Assembly: GCA_045603985.1 (NCBI GenBank)
Contig: JAZUNE010000007.1
Location: forward strand, 23,202-87,201
Source of the DNA: Candidatus Nanosyncoccus sp.
GTDB taxonomy: Bacteria > Patescibacteriota > Saccharimonadia > Saccharimonadales > Saccharimonadaceae
Direction: 5' to 3'
Length of the DNA: 64,000 bases
Position 1 is the first letter of the stretch. Each line of letters starts with the position of its first letter. Positions 8,281 through 18,563 of the stretch are shown one piece after another. The translations under genes and the position numbers were made by a program. The notes beneath the pieces were generated by a model. That model worked only from the letters and a program-made list of their open reading frames with translations. It did no database searches and was not told the origin of the DNA.

Positions 8281-9467
8281 AAACTTTTCGCTTTATCTAA
8301 TTGCGGATCACGCATCGCGTTAATATCTTCGTACGTTCGCTCGACTTCAATATCAGGCGTAATTCCCGTTTTATTAATTGACCGTTCCTTCGGCGTATAC
8401 CATTCCGCTGTCGTAACCTTTAGAACTGTTCCGCCCGATAAATTAAATAATTGTTGGACAACCCCTTTTCCATAAGTCGTCTCTCCGATAATTGTTGCTT
8501 TTCCGTAATCCTGCAGAGCCCCCGCAACAATCTCCGATGCGCTCGCTGATGAACCGTTTACTAAAACTACCGTTTTCGTATCTTTAAGTAACGCCTTACC
8601 GGAAGAAGTCGAATTCGTCGAATCGCCAAAATGTTTCGATTTTTGAATTAGAACTGTATCATTATCAATCCATAAGCTTAATAAATCCTCTGCCGCCGAA
8701 ACATAACCCCCGCCGTTACCTCGTAAATCTAAAATTACCTTCTTAACCCCCTTACCCAAAAATTCCTTCGCGAACCCTTGTACCATTGTCCCCGTATCAT
8801 CATCAAATCGCGTTACCGTAATAATCGCCGTTGACCCATCATATTCAACATATGCCGAAACATTATTAATTGTTTCGCGCTTCATCGTAAAATCTAATTC
8901 TTTCCCATCTCGAACTACCGTTACCGTTACCTCGGAACCCGTCTCTCCTCGAACCTTTTTTGCAATTTCGTCTGTCGAAAGATTGTAAACTTCCTCTCCA
9001 TCAACTTTATATAAAATATCTCCCGCGAGAATTCCCGCCTTCCTCGCCGGATTATCCGGCAAAGTTCGGAGAACCCTTACATACCCATCTCTAAGCCCCA
9101 TTTCTACTCCAATCCCACTTCCAACATTCCCATGCAAATCATCGTAAAAATCCGACGTCTCTTCCGCATCCATATAAACCGTATAAACATCCCCAAGCGA
9201 CTCTACTAGCCCTTTCTTCGCTCCCTCTATTACCTCCGCCTCAGAAATCTCCCCGTTATAGGTACTAGAAAGCTTACTATAAACCTCATTTAAAGACGCC
9301 CAGTTTATCTCCGAGTTCGCTTCTATCCCTAAAAACGATGAAGCTCCCGGAAACCATGAATTTATACCTACCCCTAAAATTACCCCGAGAATTAACGTTA
9401 CCGCCGAAGCAATAATTAAATTCCCGAAACTAGTCTTTTTTTCTTTCCACTCTACATTTTTGCTCAT
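8277..9467 (-). CDS. ctpA: Carboxy-terminal processing protease (S41 family, PDZ domain)
   Basis: 396 aa with an N-terminal TM segment, a PDZ-like block (ARKAGILAGDILYKVDG) and S41 motifs (DLRGNGGG, VLVNGSSASASEI). The 4-nt overlap with the GT4 gene suggests translational coupling. Confidence 0.85.
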   Translation of the reverse strand: MSKNVEWKEKKTSFGNLIIASAVTLILGVILGVGINSWFPGASSFLGIEANSEINWASLNEVYSKLSSTYNGEISEAEVIEGAKKGLVESLGDVYTVYMDAEETSDFYDDLHGNVGSGIGVEMGLRDGYVRVLRTLPDNPARKAGILAGDILYKVDGEEVYNLSTDEIAKKVRGETGSEVTVTVVRDGKELDFTMKRETINNVSAYVEYDGSTAIITVTRFDDDTGTMVQGFAKEFLGKGVKKVILDLRGNGGGYVSAAEDLLSLWIDNDTVLIQKSKHFGDSTNSTSSGKALLKDTKTVVLVNGSSASASEIVAGALQDYGKATIIGETTYGKGVVQQLFNLSGGTVLKVTTAEWYTPKERSINKTGITPDIEVERTYEDINAMRDPQLDKAKSL

Positions 9468-9524
9468 GTATCTATTTTATCACAAAATCTAAGCTTCCCG
9501 CTTATATTTTCTATGATTCAATTT

Positions 9525-10706
9525 TTAAAAATGAATGAAATTATACTGCCAAACCTCACCCGCCGCAATCCTACGCGAGCCGAAATCCCCATACCGCGAA
9601 ATTCCCGAATATAAATACGTTGCGTAAGCATTATTATATTCCGTTACGTTAATCGAGCCGTCCGCATTTACGCTCTCAACCCAAAATACATGCCCATACG
9701 CCCCGCCATCTACCTGTCCAATCGTATTCGGCGCTGGATTTTTATCTACCGTATATCCTAATTCCCTTGCCCGGTCATCCCAAGAATACGCATTCCCCCA
9801 CGCCGGCGCTATCCCATAATATTCATACGCCTTCCACCCCGCATAACTTACACATTCACAAACATAACCCCCAATTTTATGCCATCCATAAACATCTTCC
9901 CAATAGGTAATATACTCATCTTGTCTCCCCGGGCAATCTGCTTGCCAAGGATAAGTATTTGCTCCAGTATAAGCGCTCCCGCGATAAAGTTCTGGGTGGG
10001 CCTCCTGCTCCGCCCGCTCCGCTTCGCGTTGCGCCGCCTGCGCCGCCTTTGCGACTTCCGCATAAGCCTCCGCATCATTTTCATATTTCGCTACTAAATT
10101 TTGTTGTTCCGCTCGTTTTGCGACTAACGATTCTTTTGCCGATTGCTGTTGCGCCAGTAGTCCTTCTACTTCCGCCTTGTCCGCTTCGAGTTGCTCCTTT
10201 GTCTGTTTTATTTCCATTGCCGAAAGACTAATTTGTTCTTTTACAACCTGTTCTCGCGCCGCCTTTTCTGCTAAATCCGAAATCGAGGTCGATCCCGCTA
10301 AGATTCGAATCGGCTCCGCGTCGGATTCAAAGTGCATATTTACTAAAAGTTCTGCTAGCGCCGCCTGTTGCTCACTTAATTTAATTTCTGTTATCTCAAT
10401 TTGCTTTTTTAAAGCCTTAACCTCGGCTTCAGTCTCTGCAATCTCCGCCTCTTTACCCGCAATCTCCGCCGAAAGTTCATTTACTTTTGCTTGAAACATA
10501 TTTGCCGAACTTGCCGCTTTTGCTGCCGCTTGCGTCGCCTGTTTTTCTTTTTCTACCGCCTCTAGACATGCCGGCGAATTTTGACATGCTCGCGAAATCG
10601 CCCTTACTTCTCTACTAGAAATATACATCCCAAAAATAGAGACCATCACTAAAACTATAGCTAAAATAACTGACAAAATTCCATTTTTATTTTTAAGTAT
10701 TACCAT
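9525..10706 (-). CDS. PcsB-like secreted peptidoglycan hydrolase (coiled coil plus C-terminal CHAP domain)
   Basis: 393 aa. After a TM/signal segment comes a long Ala/Glu/Lys/Gln coiled coil, then a CHAP-like region with Cys (CECVSYAGWK) and His (GHVFWVESV). It sits next to ftsEX. Confidence 0.75.
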   Translation of the reverse strand: MVILKNKNGILSVILAIVLVMVSIFGMYISSREVRAISRACQNSPACLEAVEKEKQATQAAAKAASSANMFQAKVNELSAEIAGKEAEIAETEAEVKALKKQIEITEIKLSEQQAALAELLVNMHFESDAEPIRILAGSTSISDLAEKAAREQVVKEQISLSAMEIKQTKEQLEADKAEVEGLLAQQQSAKESLVAKRAEQQNLVAKYENDAEAYAEVAKAAQAAQREAERAEQEAHPELYRGSAYTGANTYPWQADCPGRQDEYITYWEDVYGWHKIGGYVCECVSYAGWKAYEYYGIAPAWGNAYSWDDRARELGYTVDKNPAPNTIGQVDGGAYGHVFWVESVNADGSINVTEYNNAYATYLYSGISRYGDFGSRRIAAGEVWQYNFIHF

Positions 10707-10737
10707 AACTCCATTATGGCATAAACGTTTTTAAAAA

Positions 10738-11769
10738 TCAAGATTTATTGAGATACTTCGAAACTGCTAACCTTGCTGAAACTCTTCCGATAATTATACC
10801 TACTAAAATAAAAGCTAGAAAAACTAAAATTAATTGGTTTGATTCTAAAATATTATTAATTGAATCTACGTTGATTCCATAGTTAAAAAGTTTCGGCGAT
10901 AAAACTTTAAACCCAAAGTAGGAAACCGTCCCCGCAACTAATCCCGCAATTATCCCGCAAATCTCCGCCTCGACAAGAAACGGTCCTCGAATAAAACTCT
11001 TATCTGCTCCTACTAGCTTCATCATATAAATTTCCTCTCGCCTCGAGAAAATCGCCATCCGAATCGTCGAGAAAATAATTAAAACCGAAATTACAAGAAA
11101 TACTCCCGCAAGAATAATCCCACCCGTTCTCGCAATCCTAGCCCAGGACGTAATCGTCGCAATTTCCGCTCTATTAACATCATAAGTCGGCGCCTTTTCT
11201 TTATCCGTGTATGCTCTAAAAGTTTCGTTATTCTCAACTAACTCCTTTATACTATCAAGATTATCAACATTATAAACTTTTATTCGCATTGTCGATTGCA
11301 TTTTTCCAATCATTAGCTCCGTCATCTCTTCATCTAAAATCTCTAAAATCTCGTCGCTCTCCGCATTTTCGGCCAAAAACTTCTCGTACTCTTCCTTAGA
11401 AGTCGAAACTTCAACACTCTTTATATTCGAATCTTCTTTTATTATCTCGGTCAATTTTTCTAAATTCTCCGCTGTCGTTGTCGGTTTAAAATAAATTGTA
11501 ATATCAATTTTATCTTTCATCATCTCCGCAGTATTAGTTAAAATCACACTAGCTACTACCGTTATAAATAAAATAATTAAAGTAATCGCCATTACAACCG
11601 TCGCTGCTGTTGATAACCAAATATTCCTTCCAAACCCCTTCGTCCCATACTTAACAATTCGCGCCTTTTCCCGCATAATATTTCGCTTCCGCGTTCTCTG
11701 CATCGTCTTTAAGCTTTTTTTCGAAACATTCTTTAGTTTCTTTTCTTTTTTAGTTTTTTCCACCATCAT
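10738..11769 (-). CDS. ftsX: Cell-division ABC transporter permease FtsX
   Basis: 343 aa with a basic N-terminus, TM1, a large extracellular loop and three C-terminal TM segments. It overlaps ftsE by 4 nt. Confidence 0.85.
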   Translation of the reverse strand: MMVEKTKKEKKLKNVSKKSLKTMQRTRKRNIMREKARIVKYGTKGFGRNIWLSTAATVVMAITLIILFITVVASVILTNTAEMMKDKIDITIYFKPTTTAENLEKLTEIIKEDSNIKSVEVSTSKEEYEKFLAENAESDEILEILDEEMTELMIGKMQSTMRIKVYNVDNLDSIKELVENNETFRAYTDKEKAPTYDVNRAEIATITSWARIARTGGIILAGVFLVISVLIIFSTIRMAIFSRREEIYMMKLVGADKSFIRGPFLVEAEICGIIAGLVAGTVSYFGFKVLSPKLFNYGINVDSINNILESNQLILVFLAFILVGIIIGRVSARLAVSKYLNKS

Positions 11770-12530
11770 TGTATAATCCTTCTCCTTTGTCTTAAGGCAT
11801 GCCCCGGAACTTTCATCGGCGCTACTTTCGGAACCGGCGTTTCATCTAATTTATAAATACCGCCTGTTTTCTGATCATTTACAATCTTCCCATCTTTCAT
11901 CGTAATTACTCGCTTTTGTAGAGTATTTACAATATTCTCGTTATGCGTCGTAACAAGAATCGTCGTCCCGAAGTCATTAATTTTTTTAAGTAATTGAATT
12001 ATTTCCTCAGTCGTTAATTTATCAAGGTTCGCCGTCGGCTCATCTGCAATCAAAATTTTCGGCTGTCTAGCTACCGAACGCGCAATCGAAACTCTCTGTT
12101 GTTGCCCGCCCGAAAGTTGATCCGGAAATTTCTTCGCCTGATCTAATAAATCAACTAGCTCTAGTACTTTCGGAACCGTCTTTCGAATTTCCTTACCGCT
12201 CATCCCCGCAATCTCAAGCGCAAACGCAACATTTTCATAGACCGTTCTTCGCGGTAAAAGTTTGAAATCTTGGAAAACTACTCCAAGTCTTCGTCGATAA
12301 CCGGGAATATGTCGCTTTTTAACATAATCTAGATCAATCCCCCCGATAATTATCTTCCCCGAATCGGGCAACTCCTCTTTCGTAATCATCTTCATCAAAG
12401 TCGACTTTCCCGCCCCCGACTTACCGACTAAAAATACAAATTCATTCGGTTCGATATGTAAAGAAACCTCATCTAACGCCGGGCTCTCATCCCCCGGATA
12501 TCTTTTCGTCACCGCATCTAAAAGTATCAT
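11766..12530 (-). CDS. ftsE: Cell-division ATP-binding protein FtsE
   Basis: Walker A GKSGAGKST, ABC signature LSGGQQQR and Walker B ILIADEPT. Conserved FtsE order with ftsX. Confidence 0.9.
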   Translation of the reverse strand: MILLDAVTKRYPGDESPALDEVSLHIEPNEFVFLVGKSGAGKSTLMKMITKEELPDSGKIIIGGIDLDYVKKRHIPGYRRRLGVVFQDFKLLPRRTVYENVAFALEIAGMSGKEIRKTVPKVLELVDLLDQAKKFPDQLSGGQQQRVSIARSVARQPKILIADEPTANLDKLTTEEIIQLLKKINDFGTTILVTTHNENIVNTLQKRVITMKDGKIVNDQKTGGIYKLDETPVPKVAPMKVPGHALRQRRRIIQ

Positions 12531-12538
12531 AATTTATA

Positions 12539-14860
12539 TTATAACATAAGTTCAATATGAAAAGTCATATTTTTCGATTTTTGGCCCTCTGCCTGATAAA
12601 TTGTTCCCGGCGTAATTTTAACATTCGGATATTTTTCCTCTACCTCTTTTAAAGTCTCCGCATAGCTTTTTTCCGTCGTTACCGTAAGATCTTCGTAAGT
12701 CTTTTTCGCAAAATCAATTTGTTTTTTATGCGACATCTTTTCTATTACTAAATCTAAATCAATCTCGAACCCCGCAAGGTATGGCGCTAACTTAAACTCA
12801 TTCCTCACCGAATTTCTAAACTCACCAACCACTCCAATATATTCACCATCTACTAAAATCTCTGCCGAACGTTTTTTCTCAAACGGCCTCGTTTCAGCTT
12901 CTCCTCCCTTAATCGGCAAAAATTCTACTAAAACCCCAAATTCCTCTAATAATTTTGCCGCGTATTTTTTCGCTTTATAAAATGCCGTTTCTTTATTCTT
13001 TCGTTCCGCAACGATAAATCCAAGCGACATTTTTTCTACCGGTACCCCCTCCTCATTCATCCCCCACTCTTTTCGATAAACTTTATTCATTTCATAAATT
13101 GCAAACTTCTCAACCGGCAATTTTTCATTTAAATACGTTTTATCTAATAAACTCGGTACAATCGACTGTCTTATATATTGCAACTCCGGCGAAATCGAAT
13201 TAACAATTTTGTAAGAATTATCGATATCCAAATTTGCCTTCTTCAAAAGCCTCTCGCTTACAAACGAGTAAGTTAAGACTTCATTTGCTCCGAGACTTGC
13301 CATTAAATCCCTAATTTTTCGCTTCAACTCGAACATTTCGTTTTTCGAAGCCGTCCCGTGAAGCGGTAAAATCGGCTCAATATTATCATACCCTAAAAGC
13401 CTACCAACTTCCTCAATAACATCTTCCTTAATATGAATGTCCGTTCGCCACTTTGGCACTTCTATTATTAACATCTCATCATCGACGGGTCCTGCCGGCG
13501 CGACATTAAAACCAACATTCCCCAAAGTTCTTACAATTAAATCCTTATCATACTTAGTTCCTAATAAATTATTTATCTCGTCTACGCTTATCGAAATATT
13601 TATTTCTTTCATCTTTTCCGGATATTCATCTGCTACCCCAACAACTTTAAACCCTTGAGAGAGCATTTCCGCGCAAGCTTCCGCTACTATTAAAGTTTGT
13701 TCCGCTGGTTGCCCCTTCGTAAACCTAGTAATTGCCTCGCTAAAAACCCCGTGCGCCATTTGTGTTTTTCGTAAATTATAAAGACTAAACGTCGCCGACT
13801 CTAAAATTATGTTCCGTGTATTTTCATCAATTGCCGTTGCTTTTCCACCCATCGCTCCCGCGAGCGCAACCGGCTTATCGCCCGAACAAATTACAATATC
13901 ATTCTCATTTAACTCGATTTCTTTATCGTCGAGTAAAATTAACTTCTCACCCTTCTTCGCCAACCTTACCTGAATTTCCGCTTTTCCCAAGCCTCCAACC
14001 GCAACAAATTTGTCATAGTCAAACGCATGAAGCGGCTGCCCCGTAAGAAGCATCAAATAATTCGTCGTATCAACAATCGGCTCAATCGGCCTCATCCCCG
14101 ATTTACTAAGAATCGTATCTTCCCACGTCAAATACTTCTTCTTCATCTCCCCGTGCTTCTCCATCACCACCGCCGAGTATCTCTGGCAAATACCAGAATC
14201 TGCAACTTTAATGGTTAAGCCATTCGGAATTTGATTAAATTCAAGTCCCGCTGAAGAAAAATCAAATTCGAATGGCTTACCTAAAATTCCCGCAACCTCT
14301 CTTGCGAACCCAATGATACCGAAGCAATCCGGCCGATGCGTTAAAGATTTATTCTCAATCTCTAAAACTAAATCGTTCAAATCAAACACATCCGCAAGTA
14401 AATCTCCCGGTTTCGCAACTTCCGGATCAATCTCAACAATCCCCGAATGGTCATCACCAAAATCTAATTCATCCGCCCCCGCAAGCATCCCACAAGATTC
14501 ATACCCCTGCATCTTTCGTTTACCAATTACAAAAGGCGCATCTTCATTCGCCGAAGCCGGAACAATCGCCCCCGGCTTGATCCAAACCGCAAGCATCCCC
14601 TCTCTTACATTTGGCGCCCCACAGACCACCTGAACTAAACCGCCATCCCCCGTATTAACCTGACATAGCGTCAAATGTGTCTCCGGAATCTTCTCCGCTT
14701 TCTCAACCCTTACTATAACAATATTATCGTATTTATGTGTTTCGTCTATCACCCCCTCAACTTCAACTAATCTAGCCCCTATCAATCTAATTAAATCTTC
14801 ATCCGAAACCGTTTCCGGAATTTTTACATATTTCTTTAGCCAATTCAAACTAATCTTCAT
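12539..14860 (-). CDS. pheT: Phenylalanine--tRNA ligase beta subunit
   Basis: 773 aa. N-terminal MKISLNWLKKYV tRNA-binding domain, with B3/4 and B5 blocks. Lies downstream of pheS. Confidence 0.95.
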   Translation of the reverse strand: MKISLNWLKKYVKIPETVSDEDLIRLIGARLVEVEGVIDETHKYDNIVIVRVEKAEKIPETHLTLCQVNTGDGGLVQVVCGAPNVREGMLAVWIKPGAIVPASANEDAPFVIGKRKMQGYESCGMLAGADELDFGDDHSGIVEIDPEVAKPGDLLADVFDLNDLVLEIENKSLTHRPDCFGIIGFAREVAGILGKPFEFDFSSAGLEFNQIPNGLTIKVADSGICQRYSAVVMEKHGEMKKKYLTWEDTILSKSGMRPIEPIVDTTNYLMLLTGQPLHAFDYDKFVAVGGLGKAEIQVRLAKKGEKLILLDDKEIELNENDIVICSGDKPVALAGAMGGKATAIDENTRNIILESATFSLYNLRKTQMAHGVFSEAITRFTKGQPAEQTLIVAEACAEMLSQGFKVVGVADEYPEKMKEINISISVDEINNLLGTKYDKDLIVRTLGNVGFNVAPAGPVDDEMLIIEVPKWRTDIHIKEDVIEEVGRLLGYDNIEPILPLHGTASKNEMFELKRKIRDLMASLGANEVLTYSFVSERLLKKANLDIDNSYKIVNSISPELQYIRQSIVPSLLDKTYLNEKLPVEKFAIYEMNKVYRKEWGMNEEGVPVEKMSLGFIVAERKNKETAFYKAKKYAAKLLEEFGVLVEFLPIKGGEAETRPFEKKRSAEILVDGEYIGVVGEFRNSVRNEFKLAPYLAGFEIDLDLVIEKMSHKKQIDFAKKTYEDLTVTTEKSYAETLKEVEEKYPNVKITPGTIYQAEGQKSKNMTFHIELML

Positions 14861-14863
14861 AAA

Positions 14864-15820
14864 TTAAAACTCCCTTAAGAAATTAAGATTTCCGCTTTCA
14901 AAACATCTTACATCGTCTAACCCATACCTTAGCATTACTAGTCGATCGATTCCTCCACCCCAAGCAAACCCATGATATCGCGTCGAGTCAATCCCCGCCA
15001 TTTTTAATACATTCGGATGTATCATCCCGCAACCTAACATCTCTAAGTAGTCACCTTTCTTCCCCCCTAGACTCTTCGGTTTTTCAATCATAAACTCGAG
15101 AGACGGTTCCGTAAACGGGAAATACCCCGGCTGCGTCCGAATATTTAATTTCTGCTCATAATATTTTTCAAAAAATTCCCTTAAAATCCCAAGCATCTGC
15201 CCCATATTACAATCTTCCGAAACATAAACCCCCTCACATTGATAAAACGTATGCTCATGCGTTGCATCAACATCTTCGTTCCTAAAAACTCTTCCGGGAA
15301 CAACCACAGAAATCGCCTTCCCCTCGGCTAAGTTCTTCTTATATTTCTTTAGGACTCGATGTTGCATCGTCGACGTATGCGCCGGCGGAATTAAACCTTC
15401 TTCCGTTCGGAAAGTATCATACCCATCCCTAGCCGGATGCCCCTTTGCAAAATTCAAAGAGTCAAACATATGAAACTCATCGTCTAATTGCCTAGATTCT
15501 AAAACATCAAACCCCATCAACTGATAAATCTCAATTACCCGATCAAGCTCCGTCATCAAAGGATGTTTCGAGCCCATCTCGACCGGATAAAACTCAGGAC
15601 TCGCCTCATTTACTCCGCTCCATGCCGTTATATCAATCGGCTCTACTTCCATATCTAAAACAGCTTTTTCCGCCTCACTAATCTTTCTTAAAATTTCCTC
15701 TCGTTCCTTATTTATTTCCCGTCCAAATTCCGCCCGTTTCTCAACCGGCAATTCCCGAATCTTTGCCGCTTTTTTATTTAAGTTTTTTAACTCCTGTTTT
15801 AACTTTTCCAACTCTAACAT
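14864..15820 (-). CDS. pheS: Phenylalanine--tRNA ligase alpha subunit
   Basis: 318 aa with class II motifs (HPARD, FRNE..DATH, GFAWGGGIDRL). Confidence 0.95.
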   Translation of the reverse strand: MLELEKLKQELKNLNKKAAKIRELPVEKRAEFGREINKEREEILRKISEAEKAVLDMEVEPIDITAWSGVNEASPEFYPVEMGSKHPLMTELDRVIEIYQLMGFDVLESRQLDDEFHMFDSLNFAKGHPARDGYDTFRTEEGLIPPAHTSTMQHRVLKKYKKNLAEGKAISVVVPGRVFRNEDVDATHEHTFYQCEGVYVSEDCNMGQMLGILREFFEKYYEQKLNIRTQPGYFPFTEPSLEFMIEKPKSLGGKKGDYLEMLGCGMIHPNVLKMAGIDSTRYHGFAWGGGIDRLVMLRYGLDDVRCFESGNLNFLREF

Positions 15821-15843
15821 ATTATCTAATATTATACTCCTAT

Positions 15844-15872
15844 TTGACTTTTTTGCAAAAGTATGATATAAT
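15844..15872 (+). promoter_or_regulatory. Consensus sigma70-type promoter TTGACT-N17-TATAAT (with TG extension) pointing antisense into the 880-aa gene
   Basis: TTGACT at 15844-15849, a 17-nt spacer and TGaTATAAT ending at 15872. It overlaps back to back with the pheS promoter (TTGCAA-N16-TATAAT on the minus strand). Confidence 0.5.
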
Positions 15873-15888
15873 GAAAGTATAAACGGTT

Positions 15889-18531
15889 TTAGACCGTATA
15901 ATTTCTATTTCTTTCGTCCCTATACTCACTCCTCTTTGACCAAATTCCATATAGATTTTCTTTTACTTTTTCGTCTTGCTCAACGAAAAAGCTCTTTTCT
16001 CTCTCCATCCTTATATCACCAAACGCAAATCTATCACTCGCATCATACCTTGCAATAAAGTTTAAATATGAAGCATAATTTAACGCTATTTCGGCCTCCT
16101 CCTTACTCATCCCAGATCTGCGTGCAATCACGCCAGCCGCCGAATCATCTCGCGGATGTTCCGCATAATACTCTTCCCGAATCCGCGAAACCGCAGTTTG
16201 TTTCTCACTCAATAATGAGTAAACCGTATTGTAAAGTATATATCCAGAATATTTCTCAACTTTACCATACCAATCAGCACTATTTTCACTACTTAGCGTA
16301 TATTTTAACCCAGTTGCAGCATTTTTATCAACCGCAAGACATTTTCTATAAACACCAAAAAGACTTGCGAGACTATTTATTAACCTGGCTATAAATGATT
16401 CTCCTTTTAGATTGTCACAAACCTCTGCACTCATCACTCCTACCGTCGGCTCCCTCTCAACCCCATTTTCTACGTATTCTTTAAATTCTTTTTCGTTCTC
16501 AATATCCCCCCATTCTGCTCCTGTTCGATACATATACTTAGTCGTTATTGTATTGTGTGAAGTACAATATATATCTCCCTCTACACCTAACGAATTTACG
16601 GTCGTACAAATATCTCCCGATAGGGTAGTATAGCTAGTGTCTTCTCCTTCCGCCGTCACCCCGTTAGTTAAGTTTTTTATTGAGCTACTAGTTGCCCCAG
16701 TCATAGCCGTAAGCATCGGAGTTATTGAGTTATTATTAGGAGAAAAGGTTGCATTAGCAATCATTGCATTCGCAAAGGTAGAAACAATACTCCCTAAAAA
16801 TGTATTCGGCGAAGAAATATCAAACGGACTTAAAGTCGCCCGCTCCGCTTCCGCCTGGCGCGCTAAAACTTTTTCGACTTCCTTATGGTATGCCGAAATC
16901 GTATCCGCATCAGACGGTGCCGCCCCTAATACTTTTTGATTTATTTTATTTGATAAGAACGACCCCCCCGCAACCGCCCTATTTCCTCCAATAACACTCA
17001 AAAACACTTCTGAGTTACTTACCCCAGTTGCTATTTCGATACTGTCCCTCGCAGCATTTAACGTTTCTAAATTCGGCCGTGCATTAGATTTTAGCCCAGT
17101 TAAAGTATCCGCACTACTAGAATCACTCGATGATACAATCGTATTTTTTATAGCGTCAGTATTTCCAGTCCCCGTTACCATTGCTATTCTATCCCTCGAA
17201 AAGTTATTCGCTTCTTCTTTCGAGAAATTACCCTCCGAAACTGCCGCCACAAAATTGCTTGTTTCTAGAATCGATTTTTCTTGCGTTACTAATTGTCTAG
17301 TGTTTACATCAACATAGCTAACCTTCGTCTTCTCATACAGACTATTCATCACCTGATTTACCGGGCCATTATCGCCAATCCGCGCTCGCTGGATCGGCTC
17401 CTCAATTGCCATAAACGCCTTCGCTGCCCGATATGGCTCGCCCGAAGAAATCGCCGAATTTAGTAACTGTCCCGCCCTATTTGTCGCATCCGAGACGTCT
17501 TTCCGCCTAACTCCATTCTCGTCATCTTCCGCTAATTCATTTATGACGCTACTTGAAACAGAATATTGAAAATGACTACCTTTAATCGGCTCACCCTCCT
17601 CATCTAACTCAGTTTCTTCATCTACCCCATTAACCGTCAACGCCGACTCTCCATCGTCTAACATTTTATTTAAAATCTCGTAATAGCTTTCGGTATCCTT
17701 TTCATTATCTCCCGTACTCTCCCAATTCATAAATGTCGACCTAGAAAGCCCCATATCTTTATAAACTTGATCAACCTCGCTACTATAATAATAGCGCGCC
17801 GAAATATCAACTGCTTCAGAATAATCTGCATACATCACCGGATCAGACTCAACCGTCGCAACAAATTCACTCGCCTTTATTACTCTATCATTATATAAAA
17901 CCGCTAACTCTCCGTCTTCGATGTTAACTTGATAATTACCGATCGCCGCAATCTCTCCTAAGTTTTCAATATCCGCAATATAAACATTTGTTGGAATAAA
18001 ATCCCCTTTCGCCGTTACTTGCCCAACCGTGATTCCGTTGTCCGCTAAGTCGTTCGCATATCCATTCGGCACCTCTCCCTCCGCTAACATTTCCGCCGTT
18101 ACATATTCGGCTTGTTCTTCTAAAATTGCAACCGTATCAGTAAAACCTAAAGATTTTTGTAAATTATAGTCTATCTGCCCAATCATTAATAATGGCGAAG
18201 CAACCGCAACTACTATTACAATTAATATAATAATCAAAAATATAATAATAATTGCTGGAGACAACTTACCTATATTTAATTTTGAACCTTTTTTATCCGG
18301 TAAAACTTTCCCAGACCCCGAAAACAATTTTTCCCCACCCGATTCCTCATTTGCCTTGGTTTCATTTAGGCTACTCTCCGGGCGATAAAAGTCCCCACCT
18401 TCTTCACTCTTCCCTGCCGCCGCTTTTTCCGCCGCCTTTAGTTCATCCGTCGTCGCCAAAAACTCCGGACGAATATTTTCTTTTCCAGTTTTCGCCTCAC
18501 GCTTAGCCTTCTTTTTAGGGTCATCATCCAT
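15889..18531 (-). CDS. Hypothetical single-pass membrane protein with a large extracytoplasmic domain (880 aa)
   Basis: Lys/Glu-rich cytoplasmic N-terminus, one strong TM (IIIIFLIIILIVIVVAVA), then about 760 aa with no motif I recognise. The long uninterrupted ORF in operon context supports coding. Confidence 0.6.
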   Translation of the reverse strand: MDDDPKKKAKREAKTGKENIRPEFLATTDELKAAEKAAAGKSEEGGDFYRPESSLNETKANEESGGEKLFSGSGKVLPDKKGSKLNIGKLSPAIIIIFLIIILIVIVVAVASPLLMIGQIDYNLQKSLGFTDTVAILEEQAEYVTAEMLAEGEVPNGYANDLADNGITVGQVTAKGDFIPTNVYIADIENLGEIAAIGNYQVNIEDGELAVLYNDRVIKASEFVATVESDPVMYADYSEAVDISARYYYSSEVDQVYKDMGLSRSTFMNWESTGDNEKDTESYYEILNKMLDDGESALTVNGVDEETELDEEGEPIKGSHFQYSVSSSVINELAEDDENGVRRKDVSDATNRAGQLLNSAISSGEPYRAAKAFMAIEEPIQRARIGDNGPVNQVMNSLYEKTKVSYVDVNTRQLVTQEKSILETSNFVAAVSEGNFSKEEANNFSRDRIAMVTGTGNTDAIKNTIVSSSDSSSADTLTGLKSNARPNLETLNAARDSIEIATGVSNSEVFLSVIGGNRAVAGGSFLSNKINQKVLGAAPSDADTISAYHKEVEKVLARQAEAERATLSPFDISSPNTFLGSIVSTFANAMIANATFSPNNNSITPMLTAMTGATSSSIKNLTNGVTAEGEDTSYTTLSGDICTTVNSLGVEGDIYCTSHNTITTKYMYRTGAEWGDIENEKEFKEYVENGVEREPTVGVMSAEVCDNLKGESFIARLINSLASLFGVYRKCLAVDKNAATGLKYTLSSENSADWYGKVEKYSGYILYNTVYSLLSEKQTAVSRIREEYYAEHPRDDSAAGVIARRSGMSKEEAEIALNYASYLNFIARYDASDRFAFGDIRMEREKSFFVEQDEKVKENLYGIWSKRSEYRDERNRNYTV

Positions 18532-18563
18532 AACTATAATTATATATTACTTATGCCCAAAAA

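Noticed and set aside
9848-10494. Cluster of four overlapping ORFs on both strands inside the CHAP/coiled-coil gene
   Set aside because: They are generated by the GCN/GAA/AAA-rich coiled-coil repeats. Only the 393-aa frame has a signal/TM segment and a CHAP domain.
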